This document shows, piece by piece, positions 33,243 to 47,528 of a stretch of 64,000 nucleotides of DNA; the stretch's first letter is position 1, and each line of letters starts with the position of its first letter. Origin of the DNA: Adineta vaga (lineage: Eukaryota; Animalia; Rotifera); contig CP075494.1 of assembly GCA_021613535.1 (NCBI GenBank), positions 1,674,001 through 1,738,000 of the forward strand. Reading direction: 5' to 3'. Under the pieces are notes generated by a model. The model did no database searches. It had not been told where the DNA came from and was given only the letters and a program-made list of their open reading frames with translations. A program made the position numbers and the translations under genes.

Positions 33243-34288
33243 AAAATATTCTTCTGTAAACTTTTCTTCCATAAAAAGGTTACAGATATCTATTTTATAA
33301 AAAAAAATTAGGAACGTGATTGAAGATAAATCATGACAAAAATTATATTTAATAAAAGTCGAGTAAATATTACAAATTAATAGATAGTTTATTATTGATG
33401 AAGAAAATTGATACTTTGTTTTGACATAAAACATGCTCTATGATTCATCGAAGTTTTTACGAATTATGATCTTCATAAACGAAAAATATGAATTATTTTT
33501 GCGAACTTAATTAAATTCTATTCAATCGCTGTTTAAACTAATTAAATTTCTAGACTTTAAATTCAAGAGGAAAAGCTCTTCGGAAAATATGTTTTCTTTT
33601 TCTCCTACATGATGCCTAGAATAAATAGCGAGAAGAAAGAAAAAGACAACTATAAATTCAGAGGAAATCAACGATCAATGTCACTTTTTTTACCAAACAA
33701 AAATGTTATGATCAATTACTTTTATCATTAATACCAAACATTTGGATCATCGATGAATATCTTTCGAAATATGAGAAATTTCTATATATTCGTCAGTATT
33801 CTTCTGATTCTGTTTAATTCAACATCAGGTAAATAGTCTTATTTAGATAGATTTTGTATTTGATATTTGCGCAACGAACGAGTCCTATTACTATAACCAT
33901 CTATTCTATGATGCTCTATTTTACAATATGTTCACGCCATGATATGCCTCAATACGAATATTGATTCTAAAAATGTATGATATTTGCGTCTATGTTTAAC
34001 ATTCAAAAAGATGAACAGCATTCTATAAAATGAAGATCAACACTTGTACTAGAGAACGTCTTCAAATTTTATTCTAAGGTTCTATAGAAATGGTGAACTC
34101 TTTTCTAATAGTAGAGAAAAACAAGTTCTGAAGATCCAAAGTTATATGTCAACCATTTTGATGCAATCTTTTATTTTTCGTTTGAAAACATTTATCTTTA
34201 TATCAATTTCAATCTTAATTTATTGTTCCAACAAGAAAAGACAGAACACAAAAATTCATTCGAATGTTACTAACTGTTTTCCCGTTCA

Positions 34289-34678
34289 TCAGCAAAACTT
34301 ATGTAAACGGGTTAAATTGCCACCATGTGTGAAAGGACCGGTAAGTGAACAACGGAAAGTGGAAATGGATCTGTCGTTGGTGAATACTAGATCACAGTAA
34401 GTATTAACACATTTTCCATATGTGATAACTTCACGAAATCTGTTAACACCACTTAGTGTCCAGTAACCACCACAGAAATTTGGTTCACCACCGACAAGTC
34501 CATAATTGATTTTCCACGTGAAAGTGCTTGAATCAGCAAGAAAGTAAACATTATAACGTAACCCCTCCGTATTATAGCCTGTTCCTGTCCATATTCCATC
34601 ATTTGCTGGTGACATGGCTGATGCATAAAAATACATGCTCATCATGATCGTAGATAGAAGAAGCGACTTGAAAAACAT
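34289..34678 (-). CDS. Small secreted protein of bacterial-like type, intronless
   Basis: Signal peptide, then GIWTGTGY...W.INY...CGGYWTL...FRE.ITYG.C. Confidence 0.6.
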   Translation of the reverse strand: MFFKSLLLSTIMMSMYFYASAMSPANDGIWTGTGYNTEGLRYNVYFLADSSTFTWKINYGLVGGEPNFCGGYWTLSGVNRFREVITYGKCVNTYCDLVFTNDRSISTFRCSLTGPFTHGGNLTRLHKFC

Positions 34679-35041
34679 GTTTATTAGTGTTTCCAAATAC
34701 TAAGTTGCGAAGACGATGATAGTAAGGAAATATACAGATATTACACGTATTTATAGCTGTATAACTTCAATTATTTATTTTTGGATTGCTAAATAAATCT
34801 GCAAATCCCTGCCTTCTCTTTTCTTCATGCTTAAGAAAGTAATTATACTTTTTTTGATAGATAAATCCGTTTTTCACGGAATATTTACGTATTGAAAAGG
34901 AAATATGAAACCAATGTTCCCTCTACTAAAAGAAGGGTATACGCAGAATGAGTTACTTACGTTCGTTTGTTCGTCCGTTCGCTCGCTCAAATTCACATTT
35001 CTTTTTCTATCTATCTTCTATATATAAAGAAGAAAGTTTAT

Positions 35042-35089
35042 TTGAGCGTGGGTGCAGGTGTCTCTTTATATAAAAGAAACCCACACCCT
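35042..35089. repeat. Telomere-repeat palindrome following a Helitron-like TCTATATATAAAGAAG start
   Basis: TTGAGCGTGGGTGCAGGTG...AACCCACACCCT. Confidence 0.55.
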
Positions 35090-35092
35090 ACT

Positions 35093-36650
35093 TTAAGTTG
35101 AATTTGCATAGAATTTAAATGAATAGAGTAATCCAATCTCAGGAAGAGGTCCAATTAGATCGCGTTTGTCACGAGTTTTGATCGTTTTTATCAATGCAAC
35201 TAATGCCAATGGTTGAATGAGAATTTGATAACGAATAGTTGGATAATTACCAGTTAATTGAAGTGATTGTATAAGAAATGGTGATTCGTTTGGTTCTTGA
35301 CGATTTAAAATAATAATAGGTCGATCAGGTTTACAATTAGTTGTGTTACAAATACACATATGTCTATAAATTGGAAGATCAGAACGTGGATTACATGTTT
35401 GATTTGATTTACACACATGACTTGTAGACATTTAAGATTCTTTACGAAACAATGATGTTGCATATAACCATGTGGACGAACGCAAACATTTTCAGCTCTT
35501 GTGAGAGAATTTGATAAACAGCGAATCTGATTCATTTGCATGTCACAAAATTCGCCCTTCTATGGACGCGAACTACTGGCAGAAAATCGAATGGGCTAAT
35601 TAAATACTCCCAAAAGTGATGATCCAAAATTTGACTATCATTTAATAAAAGTATAAATAGAACGTTGAAAACAATTGGAATATCATCATGATGCCATCGA
35701 TGGAAACGAATCCAAATGATAACTCGTCGAGTATCGTATTGACAACAACGGTCATAAAAACTGAGAGGACAAAAAAATAAGAGATTTGATTTATGACTTT
35801 CTTCCAGATAAAATCCTCTATTACAATACATATACAAAGATGATGATTCAACTAATCGATCTTTAATTCGATGATTTGTAGAGCGTGCTACAATTATATG
35901 TTTTATTTGTGATTGAGATTGATCATAACATTTTAGGTCACTTTTACATCTCATGCTTACACATTTGTTTTCATTCGCACAGGGAAAAGTTTCAGGTAAA
36001 CACATACCAATATTCCAATAACAGATTAATTCGTCTGTTTCATCCATACAATCCTTTATTCCGTTGCAAATAGCCAAATAATGAATACATTTCGTTCCAT
36101 TATCACATAAAAAATGATCACCAATCATTCTATGATCAACGGGACATGATAAAACATTACGTCCATCATGCGCACCAATACAATCGATCTGACCATCACC
36201 TACTTGATTTTTCATATATTGTTTATTGATACAAAAGTATTCGAATATCTTGTCACATTTTGATTCACGAGCTCATAATTCTCATGGTGGTCGACAATTT
36301 ATTTCATCTTCACCATCACAAATATATTCATGTTCAATACATTGTCCTGTTCGATTACATTTAATTAAACCTTCATGACAAATCCATTTTAAACAATTCT
36401 TTTCATCATTACCATTCATTATGTCCCACATTGTATCACAATAACGATGAATGAGAATTGGTTACATATAATTTATTCAACGATTGATTTCCAAATCTCT
36501 GGTATAATAATAAATGAGATAATGGAAAAAAAGGATAAAACGTCAATTGTTGTCGTTCTTGATGAGTGAACCAAAATTTATCGGAAATATTTATTTGAAC
36601 ACCATTGATCCAAAGTTGTTTCACTGCGGATGTTGGTAACAGAAAGACCA
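35093..36650 (-). pseudogene. Decayed LDLa/EGF receptor paralog
   Basis: LDLa fragments (GDGQIDCIG, AICNGIKDCMDETDE), YCNRG and FCP..FY motifs scattered over several frames with stops. Confidence 0.75.
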
Positions 36651-36989
36651 ATCCTCACACATCCTGAACGTAAGAATGTAAATTAGTATCGAATTGTCAT
36701 TTGATAGTTGTTTTTATTATTCATTGTATTCCTTCATTTCCTATGGATACATCTTCAACATTTAGATTAAAAATGATGTTTTTTTCCAATATGATGTTTA
36801 CTTTCGAACTGCAAATTATTTCTAAAAAAGAATATTTAACTTAAGTAACTGTTTCCTTATTTTACCAGGAAGAAAAAAAATTCAATTAAAATTCTGTTTG
36901 AACAGATTTTATTATATTCTAATAGAAGAATTCTTTATATCTATTCTTTGATTGAGTTCAACAAAAATTCTCGTTTGTTACAATTAAAA

Positions 36990-37850
36990 AATGATAGAAA
37001 ATAAAATATTTCATAAAACAGTGTATATTCTCTTTTTGATATTCTAGTTTATTATTATATTATTTACATCAACTATATTATTTATCATTGTCGATCAATT
37101 GTCAATCTTCATACATGTTATTCATATTTTTCATTATTTTTCTCTGCAGTGACATTTCTAATTCAAACACCTCCAACTATTCTCCAAATTTATTTCAATG
37201 TCCGACAACCAACTTCACTATATTGTCAAATAAGTGTTTGTTTAGGAACATTCGGTACTGGCGTATTGGCATATTCATCTATAGCTCAAGCAATATCTCG
37301 ATTTTCCATTACAGCTCACTATAAACATAAGTATCTTTTAACATTTCGTACAAATTGGATCATGATTAATCTCAGTTGGTTAATCAGTGCTAGCATTGTA
37401 GTTGGAATGTTTATGTCACTTTATGCTTATCAATATGATCCTGAATCTCATTTTCGTATTATAATAACACATAATTTTCCAACATCAATTTTCATTAGTA
37501 ATCTCTTTGTATTTATATCTGTATTAATTTTAATAATTCTCTATGGAATTATTCTTCGTTATACAATTTATCAAACTCGTATTAATCCAAATAGTGAAAG
37601 TACAGTACAAGCTCGCAGAAATAAACGAGTTTTTCAAAATATTATTTTTACTTTTTCTGTTTATGGTATTGATGGGATTTAATATATTACTTGTGTTGTT
37701 ATGAATCGTATAAGTAAAGCAGCATGGCCATTGTATTCAATTCAAGTTATATCACTTTCATTTACTGGAACATTTCATTCGATATTTCTATTCATTATCA
37801 ATAAACAAGTTAAGGAACTTCTTTTTGCTATAAATTAACTAAACGATCAA
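36990..37850 (+). pseudogene. Degenerate rhodopsin-like GPCR
   Basis: YCQ..., QAISRF (DRY-like), YQYDPES, TM5 YGIILRY, RRNKRVFQNI; stop at 37680-37682 and frameshifts. Confidence 0.65.
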
Positions 37851-38625
37851 TGACGAGAACAGGAACAATAACAATAAAATTACGAAAAAGAAATCAAATC
37901 ATACCACATACGATATTTAATAAGAATTCAACTGATTACTTAATCGAACAAAATTAGATCTTAGTGTATTATTGAGATTTTTCAGGCTGAAAAGCGGGTT
38001 GATGGTCGAAGATTTGATAAAGGTTTGGGTAAAACTTGAGGAGTGCCACTCACGACAAGTCGCTCAGCTCTATGTTTAATAAAAATTTAACTTCGTCGTG
38101 ACTATAGTTAAGAATATTTGAGAATGATTGATGTTAGTTAAATCTAGTCATCATAATGTAGCATTCAGCTTATACACTTCTAATTGCGATATGTCTGTGA
38201 TCGTAAAAATAATGAAACAGGCTCATCATACTATAAAAGCTTGACTTTTTCATTTACTTGAAAGAATTTTATTCAGCACTATAACATGTTAATAGTATGC
38301 TCTGTTTATTACCTACCTTGTTTAAAATTATTTCCCATCGTGTAGAATTGAATCACAAGATGTCATGATATTTTATTTTGTTAGATACTCATCTGATTGA
38401 TCTTTCCGCTAAAAAAAGAAAAGTGGTAGATCGAACACTTGCTCAGGGTAAAAGTTCATTTTCTATTTCCACATTAATTCAAATTAACGTCATTATGTGT
38501 GCGAACGCAAAAGTACATTGTAGAAAGTATCTTTTCGTTCGTGATGAGAGAAACTTTTAATTTATTGTTGATCAAATAGAGAAATGAATAAAACTGTGTC
38601 AAATATCTACGAGATATATTTATGT

Positions 38626-40200
38626 TCAGGGATAATAAATTTCGCAGCTGTTTAATGTGACACTACTCGCGTCACCGCCACAGATAAGAACTTGGCCTGA
38701 ATTGCCGAGTAATGTAGCTGTGTGATAACCACGAGCTACGGACTGATTGGCTGCCCAACGGAAAGTAAATGTTGTTGGGTCAAAAAGTTCCGGTGTTTTC
38801 GATTCAGGATCATTGCCAACAAGTAGAACTTGTCCATTATTAAGAAGAGTCGCTGTATGAGCGGTTCTTGATTGTAGCATTGTGCCATTTCGCACAAATT
38901 TAAGAGTTGTTATATTGAACAAATCATACGTATTCAAACTATTGCTTGTAGTAGAAGATCCACCAGCAAAAAGAATTGACTGAATTGAGGCGATATACGT
39001 AGCAGTATGATAATAGCGTATACTTGACATACGTGCAGTTAAATTCATAAATGTATTTGAGCTGCTATTGTACATTTCCAAGGTATCAAGAATGGTAGGT
39101 CTTACCGGTGAACCGCCAGCAATAATAACATTACCATTAGGAAGGAGAGTTACCGTATGATAATATCGAGCAAATGACATTCTTGTTAAATTGAAAGTTT
39201 TTATTTCATTGTTATATACATCAAGCGTGGGCAAGTAAGTGGTTCCAGTGTCGATGGCAATTCCACCAGAAAGGAGTACATTCATGGTTGCATTCACCTC
39301 AATAGTCGTTGAGCTAAAATAGAAGCGTGGTGCACTTATGCTTACAGTTCTATTAATGATTTCCGTTACAGGATCGTAAAAATCAGCAGTAGTATTACCA
39401 GCGATTAAAATAATATGTGTTTCAAGACGATCAGCTGAATGGCCCAGTCTTCGCTGTGTCATATCTATTGTCTTTCTGAACGATCTGTTTGAGGAAACAA
39501 ATATTTCCATTGATATGAGTCCGTTACCACCCGTAATTAACACATTGTTTGTTTCTGGTATATATGTACTTGTGTGATATATTCTTGCCACTGTCATATT
39601 TTGTGTTCGAACCCATACATTTGACAGCAGTTTTTGAGTAGTCACACTTTCGGTGCTATATGTATCTGAAATAGACAATTAGTGAAAAAAAATTTGGATT
39701 ATATTTGAGATCGTGTTTCCAGAGAGGAACATAGACTCAAAATCAGTTATTAACATCTTGAGGATGAGGGTGAGAATGTTTATAAACTAATTCTCTCACA
39801 CCCACACCCACATCCTCAGAAACTTACTCGTGGATGCGGCACTAGTTATTGCTGTCGTTGCGCTTACGATCATCGATGTCATCTGTATTGTTGTTGGCAG
39901 TACCGGAGGCAATTGAAATAAATAAACAGAAACATTGTTATTTGTACGAAAAGTATAATTTGTAGAAAAGTTTGTATAAAAGAAGCACGATCGTGTGTCT
40001 TCTATACAATTGATGATATTATAACTCTTATTTGATCCATGTATGTAACATAAACATTCGTTACAATTGTTCGAGAATTGAAATATCAACGAAACATTAT
40101 TGCTTATTGCCTGTGGTATATAGATAGCTTGGGAAATTTTTCCAATTCTTACAGCTGATACTGTACATAAACTCATCAGAATCAGTGACCATCGAAGCAT
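38626..40200 (-). CDS. Secreted kelch-repeat (galactose-oxidase-like beta-propeller) protein with N-terminal Cys (apple/PAN-like) domain, 2 exons
   Basis: Signal peptide, CNECLC...C...C; intron ~39666-39827; repeated R..HTATLL.NG.VL..GG...E.YD motifs. Confidence 0.85.
39754..39820. repeat. Telomere-repeat palindrome inside the kelch gene intron
   Basis: CATCTTGAGGATGAGGGTGAGA...TCTCACACCCACACCCACATCCTCAGA. Confidence 0.75.
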
Positions 40201-41440
40201 TATGCAATTAGTAAATGAGAGTAATATCTGAAATATATTTGGATACTAGATAATGAGGAAGAGATTTTCGTTTAAAGAAATATACGCTCATGAACTATAA
40301 AAGTTTTATATAAATTTAATCGAATAGAATTCATTTTATCATCATAAATAATTCTATTTACTATTCTTTTGTTATTGAAATTAATCTGAATGTATAAATA
40401 AAAAAGAATATTTACAGAATTCAACTTACTATTGAGTTAGTCAGAGAAATATTCAATTAATGATTCAACTTTCCGTTTGCCCTACTAATATATTCTTTCT
40501 TTTTTTGCTCAGCGTGCAATTATTTCTCAGCCTTTCACTCTCTTTCTCTATTCAAAACAAATGTAATTAAGTTGTCGAACATTCAACAGTATCTGTGCGA
40601 GAAGCGCACCCATTAAAATGATTAGAAATAACAAATATCGCCTTACTTTTCCGCTACTTTTTATAAAGGTTATAGATATTTGACATTTATTTCGATCCTT
40701 ATTCGTTTGACTAGATATTACGTAATTGAAAAACAAGCAATCTACCGAATAAATCTTCTTTCAATTACATAAATAACTGAAAAAGTTATTTGTAATTCTT
40801 CTCTCATGTCAACGTGACTTGTAGGGTCGTTCAATTTTTTCATCACCTTCTGTTTACAGTATCTGATTAAGCTTGTTTTTGTGCAAGATAGTTAATTAGA
40901 TTGAAATGAATGATAACTGAAAAAAAAGAATATATTCTGTCTTACAAAACGCTACATTTCGATATTCTTTGGAGAATTATTTCTATGTTTACTACAGATA
41001 AAAATCTTGAGGGAATTGAGAAAGATGAGCAGTTCCTCATTCTATTTACAATGCAAGCAAAGCAACATACTTACTTTGCGAAGAGTACAAAATGTATTTA
41101 TTCATTTTGTTGTTAACGATGAAAATAATAAGTGGAGAATACTTTACTTTCGAGCTAGAAAAATAAATAAAAGCTTTTTTCATTATTTATCATTCCATCT
41201 GTACGCAAAAGTGTTCAACACTTTCGCCTAAATATCTATGAACAATTACGATTCGATATCTCGAGTGGAATATTAAAGAAAGATTAATATTGTAATGAAC
41301 AGGAGCATATACATGGTCACGTTTTAGCAATGTATGTTGTATAAGAATATTCCCTCGACTGAAGGGTGAGGGTGATACGAAAAAAACTAAAAAGGTTTGT
41401 TTGTGGCAAGTCAAAGGTTGAAAAAACATTGATCTTCGAA

Positions 41441-41485
41441 AGGGTGTGAGTGAAGAGGATATATCCACCCACACCCACACCCTCA
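41441..41485. repeat. Telomere-repeat palindrome
   Basis: GGGTGTGAGTG-AAGAGGATATATC-CACCCACACCCACACCCTCA. Confidence 0.7.
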
Positions 41486-42057
41486 TCGAATTCAAAAATT
41501 TTCAATTATCAAAAAGAAATAATTAAGCAGTTACTAAGACTTTTGTTTTAAAAATAAATCTCGATAGTCTCTTAAATGATTTTATTGAATATCAATTTTA
41601 ACTTTAACTTTCAAAATAAAATATAAATTTTACTTCTATTTCTTTATGTTGATGACGATAAACTTCTATTCCATTAAAAGTCTTCAAATGTGGATATATA
41701 TATATATTTTAATTGTTTGAATGCTTTTAGATTCTTATCTTTCGATTGTCTAAATATAAAAGAGACATAGGAGAATTGTGAATATAAAGCACAATAACTC
41801 GAATTACATTGTGTTTCTTGATAAAATCCAACAAATTCATAAAGATTAAAAATTTTATCAGTTGTAATAACATTACGAAATTCCAAAGATGGTTAAATTT
41901 CTCGTATAAAAATGGTATAGCTGTGATTTAATTTATTTCTAAGCAAATCATAAAAACTTTGAAAAGATTACCTTGTTTATAAATTAATTCTTGATTTTTA
42001 ATGATTCATTCTTTTAATTATTCGATTTGATGAACAATTTGGAATTCAATCGAAGGT

Positions 42058-42116
42058 TCTTGAGGGTGTGGGTGTGCGTGAGGGCTAAAAGAATATCCAC
42101 ACCCACACCCTCAAGA
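42058..42116. repeat. Telomere-repeat palindrome, near-complete
   Basis: TCTTGAGGGTGTGGGTGTG...CACACCCACACCCTCAAGA (19-bp perfect arms). Confidence 0.9.
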
Positions 42117-42329
42117 CTTTATTTCGTCTGATTGACAACGGAATTTATGACTGTTGACTGTTATACTTCGAATATTCTACTTAAAAAGTATCACATAGTG
42201 CATAGTGAGGATATTGGAGTAAATAGCATTTACTATTTTGAAAATAATATCGTTTTATTCGGAAAAATGAAACCACATACTCGTTACTAAAAATTCTTTT
42301 TATTTATCGAAAGACAAACAAAAAAATAT

Positions 42330-42650
42330 TTATATACCATCAACCGTACTGTTATCGTTTTTATTTTGGCAACAATATTTTTTACGAGTTTCACCCATTG
42401 TACAAAAACCACCATTGTTCTTACATATATTTTCATCATTTTCACAAGAGATTTTTAACGCCACTCCATTTTTACATGGATTACATTGACAATAATGACA
42501 TCCGGTAACATCTGATATAGCAAAACCATATGGACAAAATATCTTACAAAGTACATGTGGACATAATCTTGGTTCTCTTATTGGTTCAATAAAGGCTAGA
42601 GTATATCCACAATAAAATAAGAATATCCATAGAAACAATAGTTTTGCCAT
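42330..42650 (-). CDS. Small secreted antistasin-like Cys-rich protein
   Basis: Signal peptide MAKLLFLWIFLF...; CPHVLCKIFCPYGF....GCHYCQC antistasin pattern. Confidence 0.75.
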   Translation of the reverse strand: MAKLLFLWIFLFYCGYTLAFIEPIREPRLCPHVLCKIFCPYGFAISDVTGCHYCQCNPCKNGVALKISCENDENICKNNGGFCTMGETRKKYCCQNKNDNSTVDGI

Positions 42651-43034
42651 ATTCGAAAGAGGTTTTTGTATTTGGACGATGATTGAAATAAAGAAAATAA
42701 ATTTTGCTTTTATACTGAGTATTTGAAGTATACATATTTTGAATAGATTATTCCGGTGAATATTCAACACTCGAAATATGGGCAATAATTATGGCATAAA
42801 ATTATAAAATAAAGAATATGTATGTGACAGATTAGCATCGAGAAACAATGATTCATATTGTGACTTCATGTGCGTATAATCTAATGGATCTTAAAGTTCA
42901 GAGTGTGGATGTGCGTTAAGAGTATATCCTGACTCGCACACACACACGTTAAAAGTAAATGATACTCATCAAAAGAGAAAATTCAGCAGAAAATAGACAT
43001 TTTTTTATATTCTTCATGATTAATTAAGTGAACG

Positions 43035-45384
43035 TTAAAATTGTTTACGAAGATCTTCAAGTAATTTGTTAAGTTTGGTCATATCATTACCAAGAAGATT
43101 GAGTAAATATTTACGTGCTTTTTGTACAATACCATACCACATTGATGAAAGAGAAGCAAAACGTGTTTCAAGTATTGCAATAATGATAGAAGAAAGAAGT
43201 ATTTCTTTATTTGCCATGTGTGTAAATGTCGTTAATGGTTTTTTAGTTAGTTTTTCAATATCATTTTCATCTATTTGCCAAAGGCCATCAAATTTTTTTT
43301 TATTAATTAAATAACGAACGATATCTTCGTCATTCATCACTGATAGATCAGTTGTCTGCGTTGAAAAATTATTATTATCGTGAGAGTGAAAAGTATTCTC
43401 TGCATCATCGTCATTGTCTGGTAATGGCACACTCATTGCAGACTAAAAACAAACACTTAAAATTTAAATAAAATTTGAAAAAGTTATATAATATCATTAG
43501 AAGAGATTGATGATAACTATGTAAATGTTGATTATCAGCTGATATTTGTATTGGTACTTCACGTAACACCATATTACTATTATTTCCATTCAATCGTTTT
43601 TCAACACCAATAAATGCTGTATGAGGACTAAGAATATGATATTTTAATGATAATTCAATTATTCGTTTCTTTATTATTTCTTTTTCACTTTCATCATCAT
43701 TGTTAACAGCTTTTTGATGTTCTTGAAAACGAGTTTGCAATGAACATGAACTCATATTTTGTGTTGATGATGATAGTTTTTCATGTTGTAATTCAACAAT
43801 AAGTGCTTTAGCAGCTAATCGACCAATTGTTTCATTATTATGACTAACATTTGGTATTACATTCACTTTTGCTTCACCTAATCGATGTTGCCCACATGTT
43901 AATTCGACTCGCAAATTATGATCAAATCGAACGGATGAATTCTTAGCCAATGCATAAACAATCAAACGATCATTTACATAAACAGGTGGTGTTTTATTTG
44001 GAACACTTGTGATCATATCTAAGTTTCATTTGATTTCTACATTAGTTATACATGACTGTAAAGCTTTTTGTAATTGTTCACCAACATGAATATCAACACT
44101 TGTATGAGGCGGAATAAAAACAAATCGACCATTTGGTGATTGAGCTAAGTCTTTTACAAGTGATCGACTAGGAGATGAACCTAATCCAAATGAAAATATT
44201 CGAGTTGATGTTGCCATTGTTCGACAAAGATCAATCACTTCATTCACATTCGAAACTTCACCATCAGCCAAAAGAAAGATTTGACGAGCACGTCCTTCAA
44301 TTGTTGGATTTTTCTAAAGACAAATCTTAACAACACTCACTAATTCAGTACCACCTAAATCTGCTCTCATTGTCTTTGTAAGTTGTTCAGCTTTTTGTGA
44401 ACTTATTTCATTGTATATAACAGTCATTTCTGGAAATAAACTTTGATGATTACTACCAAATCGAATTATGTTGAAGTAACAATTCACAGGCAAACTCTTA
44501 AGAAAAAGTAACATTGCTTGTTGAGCTAATTCAATCTTATTTTCTCCATCCATTGAACCACTACAATCAACAATAAAAATAAATTCGTTTGTCATTACTT
44601 TATTATTCGTAACTCGTTGACAATCTTCTTCATTTGGTGTAAATGAAACCATCATTGCACCATTTTCAATAGCTAAGATTGTATTCGAACGATGTTCAAT
44701 CAATTGCATATCCAAAAGAATATCACGATCCAAACAAGTATTTTCTTGTGCAAATGTAATAACATAATAATCTTATTTACTTAAATTTATTTGAATTGGA
44801 TGTGATGAAGAACTAATTCTAGCAATATTATATTTCTCTACTTGACAATGAAAATTAATTTTATATGGAACAGATTGAACATATTTTGATGTTGTACCAG
44901 CTGGTGAACTCAAACTACCTTTATCAGGATTATAACGAGGTGCAATAGTTGTTGGTACAACAAATCGAATCTTTTCACCATTTTCAACAAGATTTAATTC
45001 AGTTACATAACATATTTCAATTTGACATTCTTTTCCAGATGGAAGTGCACCAACATTAATAATAAAATTATCTTGTGATTTTTCATCTTGTTCTAATAAA
45101 TAAGCACCATGACCTGATTGAAGAGCTTCACTATATTCCTTTTGTGCTATTTTCTTTTCTTTTAATTCAGCAATAATCTCTCGATCGTCAATTCGTGCAA
45201 TAAAACTATAGATTGCTGCTTGTTCTTCAATTGGGAAACAATATACAGCTTCAATTGATGTTGATTCTTCATTGCGAAAGAGTTGTGTAATACTCACATC
45301 GGCAGCAAAAGATCGAATAGTTGCTGCAATATTCACTCGTTTAAGAGGAACATATTGTTTTGAATTTTGTTTGTTTCGAAGCAT
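43035..45384 (-). pseudogene. VIT + vWA domain protein (VWA5A-like), disrupted
   Basis: VIT (IEAVYCFP, VGALP, PTTIAPRY) and vWA (EFIFIVDCSGSM, ADLGGTEL, DGEV, RIFSFGLG). In-frame TAA at ~44773 and frameshift/stop near 44026. Confidence 0.85.
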
Positions 45385-45850
45385 GTAGTAAAAAAAAGTA
45401 TATCTATCTCGATTTTTGTGAAACAAATCTTTAGCTTATATACTTGTCGTGACGTGACGTGAAGAGATAACAATAATAAAAACAAGATTGTGCAATAATA
45501 CACGAGGAAGACATATTTTAATGAGTCATATATTATAATACGTTTTTATAATCTTGTCATACAGCGATATCTATTTCTCTCAAATACAGCTTCAGTCGTT
45601 AGCATTTATTAATGTAAAGATTTCAGAAATTGTTAGCTCTGTTGAATAAAGTCAAAATTAATCGACAACACCATTACATACACTTCCATTCAGAGAATTT
45701 CCCCAAAAATATCAAATTTGGAACACCACTAGCATTTATCCAATTGATCAGTGTTCGATTGGTATAAAGGCGAAGTCCATTCATAAAACTATATGTTATG
45801 GTTATATGAGTTCAACTATTTGATATTATTACAGGTCTATTGTTGGAGAT

Positions 45851-45895
45851 GGTGTGGTTGTGGTTATATCTTCTTGACCCACACCCACACCCTCA
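45851..45895. repeat. Telomere-repeat palindrome
   Basis: GGTGTGGTTGTGGTT-ATATCTTCTT-GACCCACACCCACACCCTCA. Confidence 0.75.
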
Positions 45896-46396
45896 TATGT
45901 TTTCATAAAATAATTTTTTTAATTTTTGGATTACATTTGTTTTGTTAATGGTAAATCTTTCATTTCTAAATAGATTTGATATTGCTCTATAATATCAATT
46001 GATTGTTGACCAGAAATATACATCTTCACTTGTAATATTTTCATTCATTGTGAAATAAAGATTGATTATTGGTATAGCTGATACTTAATGAATAAAAATT
46101 AAATAAATTAAATACTTTAGATGAAACATTTTTCATGTAGAATCCAAGAACAAAAAAAATGAAGAAAATATTTAAAAACTAACATGAATTGTTTTGATTT
46201 TTCTAGATAACAATATATTGTTTAATAAAACATTAAATAATGTAGTTAATAATTACTTTTTTTTCTCTTCATTGCAAGAACCAATATTACATGTTTATCC
46301 TTTTGTTATTCTAATCTGTTACATGAAATAAAGCTTATTATCCACGATTCTTCTTTTCAAAGTTTTCTTAAGTATAATTCTTTATTTATAATAAGA

Positions 46397-47215
46397 TTAA
46401 AATCGATGAAAAAATGTAAAAATGATTGTAATTATCATCAGAAAAACAGATATTTGAAATCTCGAACCATTTAATCTTCCATCTGGTGTTTGTGTAACAT
46501 TGTATTTGAATAAAATATCTTTAACAATGTTTAATATTGATTTTGTATTACATAAATTTCGAGTACATGTTAAATCAAATGTTGCCGTTGTTGGATTTTG
46601 ATGCATTCGAATAGATGGTTGAAGTTCAGATGAAGTAGTTTGACATGATTGTGTTATTTTATTCTTTATTATTTGATTTTGCAAAGAACATGAAGCACGA
46701 TTTGGAAATTCAGCACATAATTCTTCTTTTTCTTTTAAATTATAACATTTTAATTGACGATTTTGTGTTGATAATGATGGACCGATGATATATGGTGATA
46801 ATTCATTGATAATTTTAGAAAAATCATATTGTCGTTGTGATAATTCTATTGAAATTTTAATTGCTAAATCTTTTGCACAATCATCTTTATCTTTACATTC
46901 AATATCCACATAGTGTGATAAAAAAGCTGTTGATCCACTTATTTGTAATAAACCACGACGTTGATTATTTGAATTATAAACTGTACTCGATGAGTCACTT
47001 GACAAATGAAAAAAATATTCTCCTGTATGAAAATAAAAAGTTAGCATAGCTCCACATTTTCCAGATGATATAATTTGATTACATCTTTCAGGATAAAGAA
47101 ACGGTGTTGAACTGTTATAGATATATGAACAATTCGTTGTACAGCGTAATGCTTGACAAGAGAAAAATGAAAGAAGAAGAATAATAATAATAATATATGT
47201 TTGATAAAGTGACAT
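46397..47215 (-). CDS. Secreted Cys-rich, probably GPI-anchored protein (Ly6/three-finger-like)
   Basis: Signal peptide, LRC...; C..KDDC and CTRNLCN motifs; hydrophobic C-tail. Confidence 0.65.
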   Translation of the reverse strand: MSLYQTYIIIIILLLSFFSCQALRCTTNCSYIYNSSTPFLYPERCNQIISSGKCGAMLTFYFHTGEYFFHLSSDSSSTVYNSNNQRRGLLQISGSTAFLSHYVDIECKDKDDCAKDLAIKISIELSQRQYDFSKIINELSPYIIGPSLSTQNRQLKCYNLKEKEELCAEFPNRASCSLQNQIIKNKITQSCQTTSSELQPSIRMHQNPTTATFDLTCTRNLCNTKSILNIVKDILFKYNVTQTPDGRLNGSRFQISVFLMIITIIFTFFHRF

Positions 47216-47528
47216 AGGATAGTGAAAGAAAACGAGAATAATGAAATCGTATGTTTGAGTGTTTGAGATATTTCTTTTTTCTTTCTTAAATACTGATATC
47301 AATATTTTATGTTTCTGATAAAGTAACTATGACATTACAATGTTTTTTTATTTTTTTATATCATCAACAAATGACGCATATAAAAAATAATTTATCTCAT
47401 GCGTAAATATGATATGATAAAATTTTATTTTTTTATTTTAAATTAAATTAAATAAGAATTGTTCAGTGTATTTCTCTGTATAATACCTCATGAGATCATA
47501 CATCACTTGAGTGTGACATATCCATCAC

